A stretch of DNA of 64,000 nt from Salisapilia sapeloensis CBS 127946 (taxonomy: Eukaryota > Protista > Oomycota), in NCBI GenBank assembly GCA_023334545.1, contig JAADVB010000057.1:1-64000 (forward strand). Reading direction: 5' to 3'. Below the pieces are notes generated by a model. It saw only the letters and a program-made list of their open reading frames with translations. It was not told the origin of the DNA and searched no databases. How positions within the stretch are numbered: the stretch's first letter is position 1; each line of letters begins with the position of its first letter. This document shows, piece after piece, positions 44,501-56,646 of this stretch. The translations under genes were made by a program, and so were the position numbers.

Positions 44501-44876
44501 CGTCGGAGACACTGCTATTGCTATCTACCTCTGTCGAAACCAAGGAGCGCGATAGCTGTGTGGAAGCCAAAGCAGACTGTAGTTTTGCTTGCATATACTT
44601 TTCCTGGTCGTCTTCGTCCAGATCGTCAAAGTTTTTAGCCGATTTATCCAGTCGCGTTAGTGTTTCGCGTGCCGATTTGGCATCGTTAAAGTTGTTTGTC
44701 ATGTCTGACCCGGTGATATCGCCGAGAATATCTTCCCATACTGAACTACCACGCGAATTGGAGGCATCCGAGGCTTCTGGTAAGTCAGCGCTCCCGGATG
44801 AACTTTGCGGTGCAACTAGCTGCGTTTCTAGTGCAGCTATTAAGAGCGGCAGCCCAAAGACCGCGGCGACTTTCAT
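41583..44876 (-). CDS. Large secreted protein of unknown function; candidate pore-forming toxin-like protein
   Basis: 1097-aa intronless ORF with a signal peptide, long amphipathic helices, one internal hydrophobic stretch, a beta-rich C-terminal region and a Cys-rich tail. The ORF is solid; the function is inferred. Confidence 0.75.
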   Translation of the reverse strand: MKVAAVFGLPLLIAALETQLVAPQSSSGSADLPEASDASNSRGSSVWEDILGDITGSDMTNNFNDAKSARETLTRLDKSAKNFDDLDEDDQEKYMQAKLQSALASTQLSRSLVSTEVDSNSSVSDAVVETLMKQAEGVKIEGDWNPKGWWGDLLNTSSGTSYGSTDENGLPNLKPEDLLNDDIGDRLVLQLAVLKKLDAEDIESSGARNELFGDLADQYIQASEALVVEGNVNDAVKIITSDVVETLSALAKEVCDGIQLRFCLFPQLSMLSSTYRVAPAQIYDPKRITNLDTEEARMDRQEYLTNLRDKLGKQRVGQRAAEMVNGVVENMYKSNAWSKKQIDQAWAQKSASELDQLSKMMTSQTERLTKVSEINFDKAETAVKVTQGYIDDFVNGKVEKAMDTFTEHLEVICEEALKAAKRAQASGFLNFLISALKVITIIPLVLDPTTIVDVVRDGHELDKDTDGVDGVKTLTKYLKNELIPAVGDIGKKAKETQKQSLKVAKTIQTIMDRKDPSEDQIAEDGQQFLNAYRDFDLSAIRGADVDSLGNKFSALTDEFCGMAGNYALEPCAARAEDNKVFMYWGMMPGLSLDILENYVTMAEQAVRKKASEALTKNLKEAASKTKKSITSINETYADEQERAEQRFNVYSKQLKYTQSILGLDLLSTAIQGAEAAVNVCDFYTYLNGGSPIDPCISIYENPTNPDIDLDKIESFNPNKKPDEHDFTAYIPTHETETSDNSSDSTTRFIRVGALMGNGGRNISIRLPQDPDWLYKYGWVDPGYNPDEDVVFLKRLAVLLPPKYAPPKDGEESQVVTTKVVVTAPGDSDLGPALGGKTYRIPERHFDFEYKERKAGEDCETITNMYGKCWDDDVELCKVSDGSVDVASDEVPLPSLFSKLDVIVTFDQYSNDGEWTRNNMSYHGVQDAAPIVVYGTTATYKVSSESKSAMAAVEKAASGDGKGASDTSSGGETKYDIEDLINLSLSNTDVTISSKTGGGDSDGATKDDSKSESGGVAGMEHDDEDEDDNTGGISMRQRLLRRLDSSDKGSKGRCCTVGSFLTDWDSEECASCPTNYASQMGGLYCVPWPNTTSSGESD

Positions 44877-45520
44877 CTTCCTTGCGAAGGCTGCAAAAGC
44901 GATTGTGAGCGCTTCATGTCCAGGTCATACCGAATCATAATGCCTTACACGACAATGTCCATGCACTGGTGAATCATAATGCATAAAGTACCAGCTGAAG
45001 AAGTCACCTAGCTGGACGTACGTGGGCCACGTATGTACAGGGTGCCAAAAGGCCGAATGACGTGTCCATCGAATTGTTAGGAAAGGGTCACAGCCACTTT
45101 AACATCGTGGCTGGAACACATGGCAATCGAAGACAGCCATAAGCTGACAAGTGACATCAACGTATTCGACCAGTTCGGATGATGTGGCCACGTAAGCCCG
45201 CTTAATTCCCCTTCTCGAGACGATGCATGCCATCGATATGCTCCATCCCATGTGAAACTCTATTGTTTATATATAGAACAGATCATCTCGAGAAATGAAA
45301 GGGAATGGAGATGGAATGTACTCCTTGTCGCTGTCTTTAAGCTGTGCATTCAGCCCAGTCGAGCTTTCGTGCGTCATTCATCAAAAGTATTTCCAGTCTA
45401 GATGCGTATTCAGACACAATGAGTGCGTGGATAATCAAGTAACGCCCAGGAGGATAATTGAATGATTCATGTATTTGTGCAACTTGCTCTCCATACGCAT
45501 TAAAATATTTCTCCTCCTCT

Positions 45521-46711
45521 TCAGTAATAAGGCCGGCACGCCTGGCGAATGTCCTCCGCGACAACGTCATGCAGCATGTCTTCCGGCAGTCGAAAGTGGT
45601 GCATGTCCTCCGGGTCATCTTCATCCGGCTCCTGCTGTGGGAGAAAGAGCTCTGGGAGTGCCAAGTCCAGCGACTCTTCCTGCTCGTGGGGTTTGTGGGA
45701 TGGGATCTTGGCGCCAAGCACCCTCACGCCAATTTCCCACAGCAACTCGATCGTGTTCCAATGGGTGGACGGAGGCACGCATTGCGGATGGTACGCCACG
45801 GGACAGTTGCACGAGTAGACAAAGTCCTTGCTACCTTCGTTGCCCATGCAAAAGATGCATTCGTGCCGAGGACACCGGAACGGAGAGTTATAGCGTCGCG
45901 CCCGTCCGGTCTTGGGCACACCTAACGGCAGCAGCTTTCCATGCTGGAAGCGCCGAGACAAGGGATGGTCGTCGACGCACTGTTGATGAAAGTATTTGTT
46001 GCAGCCACCGACGGAGCACTTGAAGACGCCTCCTTTGGCGTTCATCCGCCCTCGCTGTCCACAGTCAAAGCAGACGCGTTCGCCCGATCGACAGAGCTCA
46101 CATTTCCAGTTCTTGGGAGAAGACTCGAGGCCGAGACAGCCGACGTGGTAGCGAATGTAGCAACCACCCTCGCACTCGACGAGGTCAGTGTGGAAGTCGT
46201 CCTCTACTTTGCCACAGATAGCACACCTACCGTCCTCTGCATCCATCGCCTCTACCTCGTGGTATGTCTGTGTCTTCGCTTTCTTCCGTTTGACGAACTC
46301 GCCATCGTCTCTCAGTCGGCGCGAGAGCGTTCGGCCTGCTCGAGTCGTGGCGGTAGTGCTCGCGTCGTGGTTGCCCCCTTGCAGCAGCCGTATCTGCAGC
46401 TCGTCATTCTTTTGCCATTTCTCCGGGGCTTTGGAGCCGCGCGCAGCCAGCCGCACACTCTTGTCCGGGCTGATGTGTTCGCACGAAAGATATCCCCAGC
46501 CGAGGTACTGGAGCCGGAAACCCTCGGCAGTGGTGGAGAGGATGCGCGCCGGTAGCCAGTCCTGGGTGACGACGCAGAAGGCGTCGACGTCCTGGCCTTC
46601 GACGAACGGAGAGTGAAGGAGCTGCCTGCCACTCGCGGCCGACGGCGACTGCATCTTGATTGGAACTAGTGTGCTTTTCTGCAATTTCAGATCCTTTGAG
46701 CAGATTTGCAA
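45521..46711 (-). CDS. Tudor/chromo-barrel-like + NSD-type tandem PHD finger protein lacking a SET domain; possibly a truncated pseudogene
   Basis: CAICG..VECEGGC..YHVGC..WKCELC, CFDC..FKCSVGGCNKYFHQQC, FRCPRHECIFC and CPVAYHPQC. Confidence 0.7.
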   Translation of the reverse strand: MQICSKDLKLQKSTLVPIKMQSPSAASGRQLLHSPFVEGQDVDAFCVVTQDWLPARILSTTAEGFRLQYLGWGYLSCEHISPDKSVRLAARGSKAPEKWQKNDELQIRLLQGGNHDASTTATTRAGRTLSRRLRDDGEFVKRKKAKTQTYHEVEAMDAEDGRCAICGKVEDDFHTDLVECEGGCYIRYHVGCLGLESSPKNWKCELCRSGERVCFDCGQRGRMNAKGGVFKCSVGGCNKYFHQQCVDDHPLSRRFQHGKLLPLGVPKTGRARRYNSPFRCPRHECIFCMGNEGSKDFVYSCNCPVAYHPQCVPPSTHWNTIELLWEIGVRVLGAKIPSHKPHEQEESLDLALPELFLPQQEPDEDDPEDMHHFRLPEDMLHDVVAEDIRQACRPYY

Positions 46712-47926
46712 TCGACGAGGGGAAGGGCAATCAAGCTAAAATTTGGATTTGGAGGTAAATTTGAAAAACTAGAGTTAGATTTAGAAATGCCAGGAATAGC
46801 ACTCTTTAAGAAGAAAATGCTTGCCATGTCCACTTGTGCTGTGGACATCTAGCGACCTCCAAGTGTGCTGCGTGAGTTGAGAGATTAGGCAGGTAGACTA
46901 TGATTCAGGTTCATGCGGACACTACCAAGTCTAGTACAGTCAGTGATAACTCATCATGAAATCATGATTGATAAAGGTATACTCGACTTGAACGAATATG
47001 TACATGCGTGCAGTTAAAGCTATTTGCAATTCCAGGGTAAATTTAGGATACCAGAAATCTACTGGTACCACACTACATCGACATTTGTCCTTTAGTAGCT
47101 TGCATACGTATGTTAGATCACAAATTCAGGATGTGGTATTTGCCATTCAACTTGAAGCTATCCCATCGCCATGAGTACCTTGAAATCACTCGCACTAAGA
47201 ATTAAAGGATAAACGTCTTCATGGCATGGTCACCACTGTCGAGTAACTTTCAACCCTAAGCTATTTATGAAATAACCGTCGATGAAGTCTCACATACATT
47301 GATAGAAGGAGCAAAACTCGGCGCATCATCTGCATGTGGGACTGGAGAGCCAAAGTATGTAAGCTGCAATCACTGGAGTTAAAAGTAGAGTCAACCAAGC
47401 GTGCTTTCTGTAACCAATTTTTAGTACAGCGAATGTTATACCGTCCACTACTACTAAAAAAGACACTTTGTGGTGATGACTAGCAGTGTATCTGTAACCT
47501 GAACTTGCATAGACTCTGCCACCCTGTAGAGAGCTCATTCAGCGTTCCTATAGCAATAAATTCACGAAACAGGTATGGACTATTTTAAACCTTCAAACGG
47601 TCACAACAAGACTTTCGAAATCATGTTCACAAGATGCTTGTGCCAATGCAGAACGCATTCTTCTGTCATTCGAGTTTATCGGTCTAGCAAAGCTCACACG
47701 CAAATTGCATAAAGTAACATCAGCAATTAATATAAATATAGCTCGTGAGTGCTCAATTGTAGCTTCAAATTTCCACTCAAATGTACATGTATGAGCGCAG
47801 AACAAGTGAATACAACCAAGCATTACCACGAAGACATGAAGTGGAAAAGAATTGACACAAGTCGCACTCATACATGCCAAGTTAGTCATAATATTATATA
47901 TTTATTATTTTCTGCCTGAGATATAA

Positions 47927-47999
47927 GCACGATTGGCGCAATGGATAGCGTATCAGACTTCGAATCTGGGGGTTGCGGGTTCGAGTCCCGCATCGTGTA
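47927..47999 (+). tRNA. tRNA-Arg (TCG)
   Basis: 73-nt cloverleaf with anticodon arm TCAGA-CTTCGAA-TCTGG, T-loop GTTCGAGT and a downstream T-run. Confidence 0.95.
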
Positions 48000-48114
48000 C
48001 TCTTTCTTTTTGTTTTTATCCGCATACCCTTCACGTATCATGCGCTCCATTCTCTTATACCTGCTGCCGTACTCGCAAATGATATGAATAGACATATACT
48101 CGAACGAATTGGAT

Positions 48115-50538
48115 TCACATTTGCATATACTGCTGCCGACTACCTCTACTTGCAGTCGAACCTGAACGTCCGTGACTCGTTCTACCACTAGCTGCTTGTC
48201 GTAGACTGGACACCCACTCGTCCTTGGCCTCTGACGACCTCGCATGGAGCTGGAGTGGCGGGTACGAGTTGTTCGGGAAGGCTATGCTGAACGCCTCCTT
48301 GATATCATACCCATCTTCTATACTTGCTCCACTCACGTTGATCGGAGGAGTGTCCGCACGCTGTCGCTCGTAATCGTCTTTCGTGTCGTAGCAACTCAGG
48401 TACACCCCTTGGAGGACAAAGTACCGTCGACTCCACTTGGCTCTCGAAGCACTTTGATCTCTCCCTAGACCTTGCTTGATCAAGTACCCAGACATACCGT
48501 TGGATCCACTGCTGGACGCAAACTCCGTCGCTCGGTACTGTCCTTCCTGCGCCGTGTCTGCTAGCTTCCGCAGTGTCTCGTTGTGCTGCAGCACATGCTC
48601 CAATTCGTTCGTTTTGAACTCCAGCTGCGAGTACAGTCCCGACAGCTCATGCTCATACCCTTGCTCTGCCTCCTTTACGCTCGCAGCGCTCTTCTGCTGC
48701 GCCTGTTCCCCGAGCTCCTTCATGGCGTTCGCTTGTCCCTGCGCCTCGGCCACCTTGACGCTCATCTGGTTCACCTGCCTCTCCAGCTCTCGAATCTCGG
48801 TCATGTGAGCTGCATTGCACTTTTCATTCCTATTCACGACAGCTTCCACCACCTTTTGCGAAATGAACTCGACGTACGCAGCGTCTGTGGATGGACCAAC
48901 CGCCTTCTCCAAGTAGAGCTCTCGTGCTTGCGTCAATTTGTCCTGCAACAACTCTTGCGTGACACGATACACTTCCATCGCAGACTGTTGTTCATCCTCT
49001 TCACCCGATGTAACCTGGTCAAAGATCGATTCGAGCACTTGACGGCAGTAGCTCATGGACGCAGCGGCGTTCATACGCTTATACGTAGCGTACTCAGCCT
49101 TGACGGCTCGACGGAACTTGGCCATGCAAGCAGCCCCCTCCTCGTCTGAGTCGTCCGTCACGACATTCTTCAGCTTCGCCTTGGCCACCTTCTTACTCAC
49201 TCGATGGACGTCGTCTAGCTGACGCACAGGACACGGAACTCTAGTCTTCTCACAGCGTTTCCTACTCTCCTGCTCCTCTGTCTCCACGACGTCAATCGAC
49301 TCGCTCTCCATACTATCCTCCGACACCGTCCCTGTGCTCGGAAGTCGGCGGAGGTTACCTTGTGGATCAAACACAGGCTCATCCAGAGCTTCCGACTCGT
49401 CCGACGTATGTGGATTCACTTCCAGCCCAGCGTCTTCGTCGAATTGGTCTGGGTTCTGGAAAGGCAAGACGCGATCGCGCATCTCTTTCTTGTACACTTC
49501 AATCGCATCGTACAGCGCATCATCGTACTGCTGCTGCATCACACGGCTCCAGGCGTTGGAGATCACAGGAGCCTTGCCACTGTTCAAAGCTTCGACGTAG
49601 GACTGGACCAGGTTGAGGAACATCGGACCGTTCAGGTTTTTCCCATACAAAGTCTTAGGCCTCGCGTCATCAAAGAGCTTCGTCCCGAGCGACTCGACGG
49701 ACGAACGGAACTCTTCTCGTAGATCTCCATACGGCACCTCCGGCAGCTTTCTCAACTTGTCTTCGTCATCTACCGGACGCACCAGCGTCACACAGTCGCG
49801 CTGTCTGAAGAAGTCTGCTAAGAGCGAACGGATCTGGTCTTTCGAAGCGGCGTCTTCGCTGTACCCGCCTTGGGGCTGCAATGCGTTCTCTAGATACTGC
49901 TTGGACGATATCTTCTTGCCATTATCCTGCAGCTGGAGCGTAAAGTCTCGAACGACCCAGACGAAGCTCGGGAAAAAGTTATGCAGCTCACCACCTTCGG
50001 ACGATCCGGAAGACGTCTGGATGTGCTTGGACAGATTCACGACGAGCGACAAATCCTCGATCGCATTGCCGTCGATCACGCCTCTGCTGTTGTAGACAAA
50101 GCTGGACGCTAGGAGCAGCGCAAGAGCAAAGATGCGCGTGTCGTGCGTTTCTTCTCGGTCCGTGGACCCAAGACCTTCTGTATCCAGGAAGAGTATGCTC
50201 GTTCGATCGTCCAACGCGATGGGTTCCCCCCACATCCAAATACCTTTGGTGCAAGCATTAATAGTTCCACCGACAGCAAAGCCTTTGGCGTCTAGATCCT
50301 CCTCGCTGATATCCGGCGCCTCTTCTCCTTTCAAATGAGCACGAGCTTGGCGAACGAGTAGGTTTAGTAGGAATGATTTGCCTGTACGATATAATCCAGC
50401 TACGGCAACAATCACAAGACGGCTCTGTATGTTACTGAGACGCTCCGTCGCCTCAGGACTCACTTGGAAACTTCCATCGTCCTCCACAAGGACGAAAGGC
50501 ACGGGACGGACCTCTTCGACGGCATCCGGATCCGCCAT
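48115..50538 (-). CDS. Guanylate-binding protein (GBP) family GTPase with coiled coil and C-terminal PH domain
   Basis: G1 AGLYRTGKS, CTKGIWMW, LDTEGL, WVVRDF. PH domain MSGYLIKQG..WSRRYFVL..KDEWVSSLRQA. Likely start MADPD at 50538. Confidence 0.9.
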   Translation of the reverse strand: MADPDAVEEVRPVPFVLVEDDGSFQVSPEATERLSNIQSRLVIVAVAGLYRTGKSFLLNLLVRQARAHLKGEEAPDISEEDLDAKGFAVGGTINACTKGIWMWGEPIALDDRTSILFLDTEGLGSTDREETHDTRIFALALLLASSFVYNSRGVIDGNAIEDLSLVVNLSKHIQTSSGSSEGGELHNFFPSFVWVVRDFTLQLQDNGKKISSKQYLENALQPQGGYSEDAASKDQIRSLLADFFRQRDCVTLVRPVDDEDKLRKLPEVPYGDLREEFRSSVESLGTKLFDDARPKTLYGKNLNGPMFLNLVQSYVEALNSGKAPVISNAWSRVMQQQYDDALYDAIEVYKKEMRDRVLPFQNPDQFDEDAGLEVNPHTSDESEALDEPVFDPQGNLRRLPSTGTVSEDSMESESIDVVETEEQESRKRCEKTRVPCPVRQLDDVHRVSKKVAKAKLKNVVTDDSDEEGAACMAKFRRAVKAEYATYKRMNAAASMSYCRQVLESIFDQVTSGEEDEQQSAMEVYRVTQELLQDKLTQARELYLEKAVGPSTDAAYVEFISQKVVEAVVNRNEKCNAAHMTEIRELERQVNQMSVKVAEAQGQANAMKELGEQAQQKSAASVKEAEQGYEHELSGLYSQLEFKTNELEHVLQHNETLRKLADTAQEGQYRATEFASSSGSNGMSGYLIKQGLGRDQSASRAKWSRRYFVLQGVYLSCYDTKDDYERQRADTPPINVSGASIEDGYDIKEAFSIAFPNNSYPPLQLHARSSEAKDEWVSSLRQAASGRTSHGRSGSTASRGSRQQYMQM

Positions 50539-50934
50539 TTTGGTGTTTGATGAGCTGAATCTCTGTATCTCGGCTGGACAATTTACATACATATACAAGT
50601 AAGATTGTCCTGATAAATATAGCCCAGTAGCATCTGCTCCGAAGTAGACCTTTTGACAACGAAACCCAGCAATAGAGCACGCGAAGAGTAGATGGAGATT
50701 GTAGAAGCAATTAATGCATCATACACCAATTTTTTCATTGTGAAACTGTCTAGACTACATCTACTTTTTATTTTCTATGCAATTCGCATTTGATTGCTGT
50801 TTAATGCTGTCGAAGGGCAGCGATATGGATGATAAAAGAACAACACTCTTTACAGTCGAAAAGGGCGAGATAGCTTCAATTTGCATCTGCTTATTGCTGA
50901 AAACAAGTTCAGGTCGTAGTATACGAGCAGACAT

Positions 50935-52788
50935 GAGTGCACAAAGACAATGCAGCGTTATGGAGGTCATTGACACGCTAGAGCATGGCCTGAGTATGTG
51001 TACAATTAGGAATACGCAGCAAACAACAATGTACTCACCAACGTACTATGCCCAGCAAACATACAGCGACGACAAGAAGAGTATGCGATTAATATAGAAC
51101 AGCTTAACATGCAAATGGAAAGTTCCAACGCAGAGATCACCTCTGTCAAGGTTGGAGATGGATTTGGGAGTACCGCATGAAACCAACACATCATCATCTA
51201 TACATTGTAGAACGAGATCAAAGAGAAAGCAATGCGTCTAGCTCGCTACAAGAGAGAGATTCAAAACACCGACACAGCGTTGGAAGAATATGAAAAGCAA
51301 TATGCTACGGATCAAGCTATTCATACCGACCATCGTGCACGAGCAGACGGCCAAGCTTCCAGAGTTCTGCAACTTACAGAGTCCTATCATGAGCTTCATT
51401 ACAAAATTCAGTGTCTTACTAAGGCAGTTCATGAGTCGAAAGAGCATCGAGATCGATTATGTCAGAATGAAAGGTTCTTAACTGAAACATTGGACAAGAT
51501 GACGGCAGAATTGGACCAAGCGAGCATCGGAATCAATGAATGCCACTTGCGGCTTTCAACTACCTCTTCTCACATTCGGGCGCTTAAAGAATCACTTCAA
51601 GAGATTGAGCGAAAACGGGAAGCGCTGCACCACGAAAGAATCGGCCTTGAAGCTGAGATGCAGGAGCAGGAGCAGAATCTAACTGACGCGAAAGAGTATC
51701 TGAAGCGTAATGGAAAGGAGCGACAGGACAGTCTAAACGTGCTTTACCACGAACTCTATGCTTTAAAGCTTGCTGCCAGTACTACTTTCATCGTCTTTAG
51801 TATGTAAACACTTTCTCACATCTTCTATCGTGGTCTAGTCTCGAGGAAACGCTTGGCAGAAGAACTTCATGTCAAGTTCCGCATGAAGATGCAAGTGCAC
51901 GTTAACATCCTCCAGCATGCGTTAAATGATAAGAAGAGACGTACTTGTCCCGACAGATACAATGTAAAACGACCGAACTGATGTATGAGTAGACTTGGAA
52001 GCTAGAGGAATGGAAGTTGAAGACATAACGAGCAGTACTCTCGACTTTAAAAATAGAGTGCAGTCACTCTTATCTAGCCAGGCTTTCACTCTCTCGGCTG
52101 CAACTGCGGCTAAAGAGTGCTTTGAATCCATCCAAAAGTCTATCGCTGATCTAGACTTGGAAGACAGTCATAATCCTTTGGAACAACGAGATGTCTTGGA
52201 AGCGTCTACTTCTTATCAGAATGCACAGCGCGACTTACAAGTCCAACAGGTATTCACTTTGTCTACGATCGACCGCTACCAATTCCTTACATTTGTCTTA
52301 CAGACGGACTGTGATTCACTTCGCGCTAGAGTAGATGAGGTAGAGCATGAATTATTTAGAGCACATAAGCCTATGCTGACGCGGAAACCTCCTAGTTGGA
52401 CAATGAACTGCATTCGCTGCAAGAAGAGCGTATGAAAGCAACGAAAGAGCAAGTGAGGACGAACAGTGCTGTCAGTAACTTACAGAAGAGCGCAGAGGAG
52501 CTTCTGAGGAAGAAAAGTGAGCGTAAAAAGCAAGTTGCTTCTGCTCAAGAAACCTACGAAAGACTCGAAGCCCAACACACGTCTCTCTCTAGAGCTTACG
52601 ACAGCACAGAGGCTGCTTTGACAGCTCTAGATACTCAATGCCATCGTCATCATACCTCCATGGCGAGTCTGACGCAGCGTCTCGACGTAGCTTCGAATCA
52701 GTCGCAGCACTTGACATCCATCCTCCAGGTACGCACCTCCTTCCTCCCTACAAGGCCATCTAAACAGCACTAGACATGGCAGGTCTAA
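50935..52788 (+). CDS. Multi-exon long coiled-coil protein of unknown function; boundaries approximate
   Basis: Successive heptad-rich ORFs (51232-51807, 51995-52435, 52396-52773) flanked by GT-AG signals. Confidence 0.55.
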
Positions 52789-52875
52789 GCCGATCCTACC
52801 ACCCAGTCCTACCTATACAAGAGCAATCAACTAGCAGCTTAAAAGATCTTTCATTCGCTTCCTTCTCTCTACTGC

Positions 52876-55340
<2,465 letters not shown>

Positions 55341-55627
55341 GGCGTCTATGTGTTTCTGTTTATAGTGAACTCGGAGGCAAATGCGCAACTGGAGGAAGAA
55401 GAAGTTGCCGCGTGGATCGCGTCTCCTTGCTTTTCTTTTATGACTTTCTTCCCCTTCGAGAAAAAAGCAAAAGATACGGAGATGTGATTGGATGAAATAC
55501 TATTTAAGACGCTGACATTGGTTGAAAATAGGTACTAGACGATTGGCTGGAAAGATGGACTGGGTGGAAGCATGCAGCTGCGATTGGTGCAAAATGGGCT
55601 GGACACCAACCGAGTTAGACTACGGAC

Positions 55628-56444
55628 ATGGGACCTCGGAAGGCTAGTAAAGGTCCAAATGGCAAGGTGAAGAGCGCCATGAAGCGTCCTGTGACGAAGA
55701 AAAAGTCCAAGCTGGTCATCACGTTTGACCCGGAGAAACGAAAGTATTTTGTACTTCCTATAGTAGGTATAAATGCACAAAAATTGATCCGATGCTCATA
55801 TGTAGAGAGTACTTGACTGGTTTCTCGCGTCGAAAGCAAGAACGAAGACGTTTTGGTCTGGACATGGAAGCTTACAAGCAAAAGAAACGCCAATTGGAAG
55901 AACGCAAGCAGGTATATTGTCTAGTATTTCGAATGCACTTGCCAAAGCTAACCCTGTCCAGCGTCGACAAGAGGAGAAAGCGATGATCGATAGTCTCAAT
56001 CTGCCAAAGGAAGAGTCCGAGTCTGAATCGGAGCAAGAGTCAGACACACAGGACGATAATAAGCAAGTGGTGCAGTTCAACGACGACTACACAAAGGACA
56101 AATTCGGCGACGTTGTCACGGTCACCACATCTGTCGGAGGTCTAGCAAGTGATTCAGAATCAGAAATGTCAGAAGAGGAGGAACACTTGGAAGAACCTGC
56201 GCCGACGAAAGAACAGGAGCCGTCCATGACACTCTTCCAGCGAATCAGGTACCAACGACGTGGCCAAGCCTTGCCTTCCAAGCGCTCCAAGCTCAAAAGC
56301 GCACGTGCAAACCGCCAAGCAAGTGGCGGACATGCGTACACAAGCAAGAAGATTCGGGCTAACAAGCGAGAATACGGCGATGACGATACGTCCGCGAAAA
56401 AGGGCAAAAAGGGAAAGCAAAAGCCGAACGGCAAGCGCCGATAA
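55628..56444 (+). CDS. Nucleolar Nop25/RRP17/NOL12-family protein; introns 55744-55805 and 55912-55961
   Basis: Spliced ITFDPEKRKEYLTGFSRRKQERR signature, with acidic and basic low-complexity tails. Confidence 0.8.
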
Positions 56445-56646
56445 GTACAGGGTGTTCGTACCTCTCTTGCATAATATACCTCTCCTTCGTCATGCACCTG
56501 TCACGTCCGACTCGACCATGTCGTCGTTTTTCCCGACCACCATCTTCTCCTGTAAAAGCGTGCATAATAAAATGAAACAGTTACCAACCTGTGCTCGACT
56601 TGACGACAATTCCACCTCGTAGCCAACGTACTTGTGCCTAGGAGCG

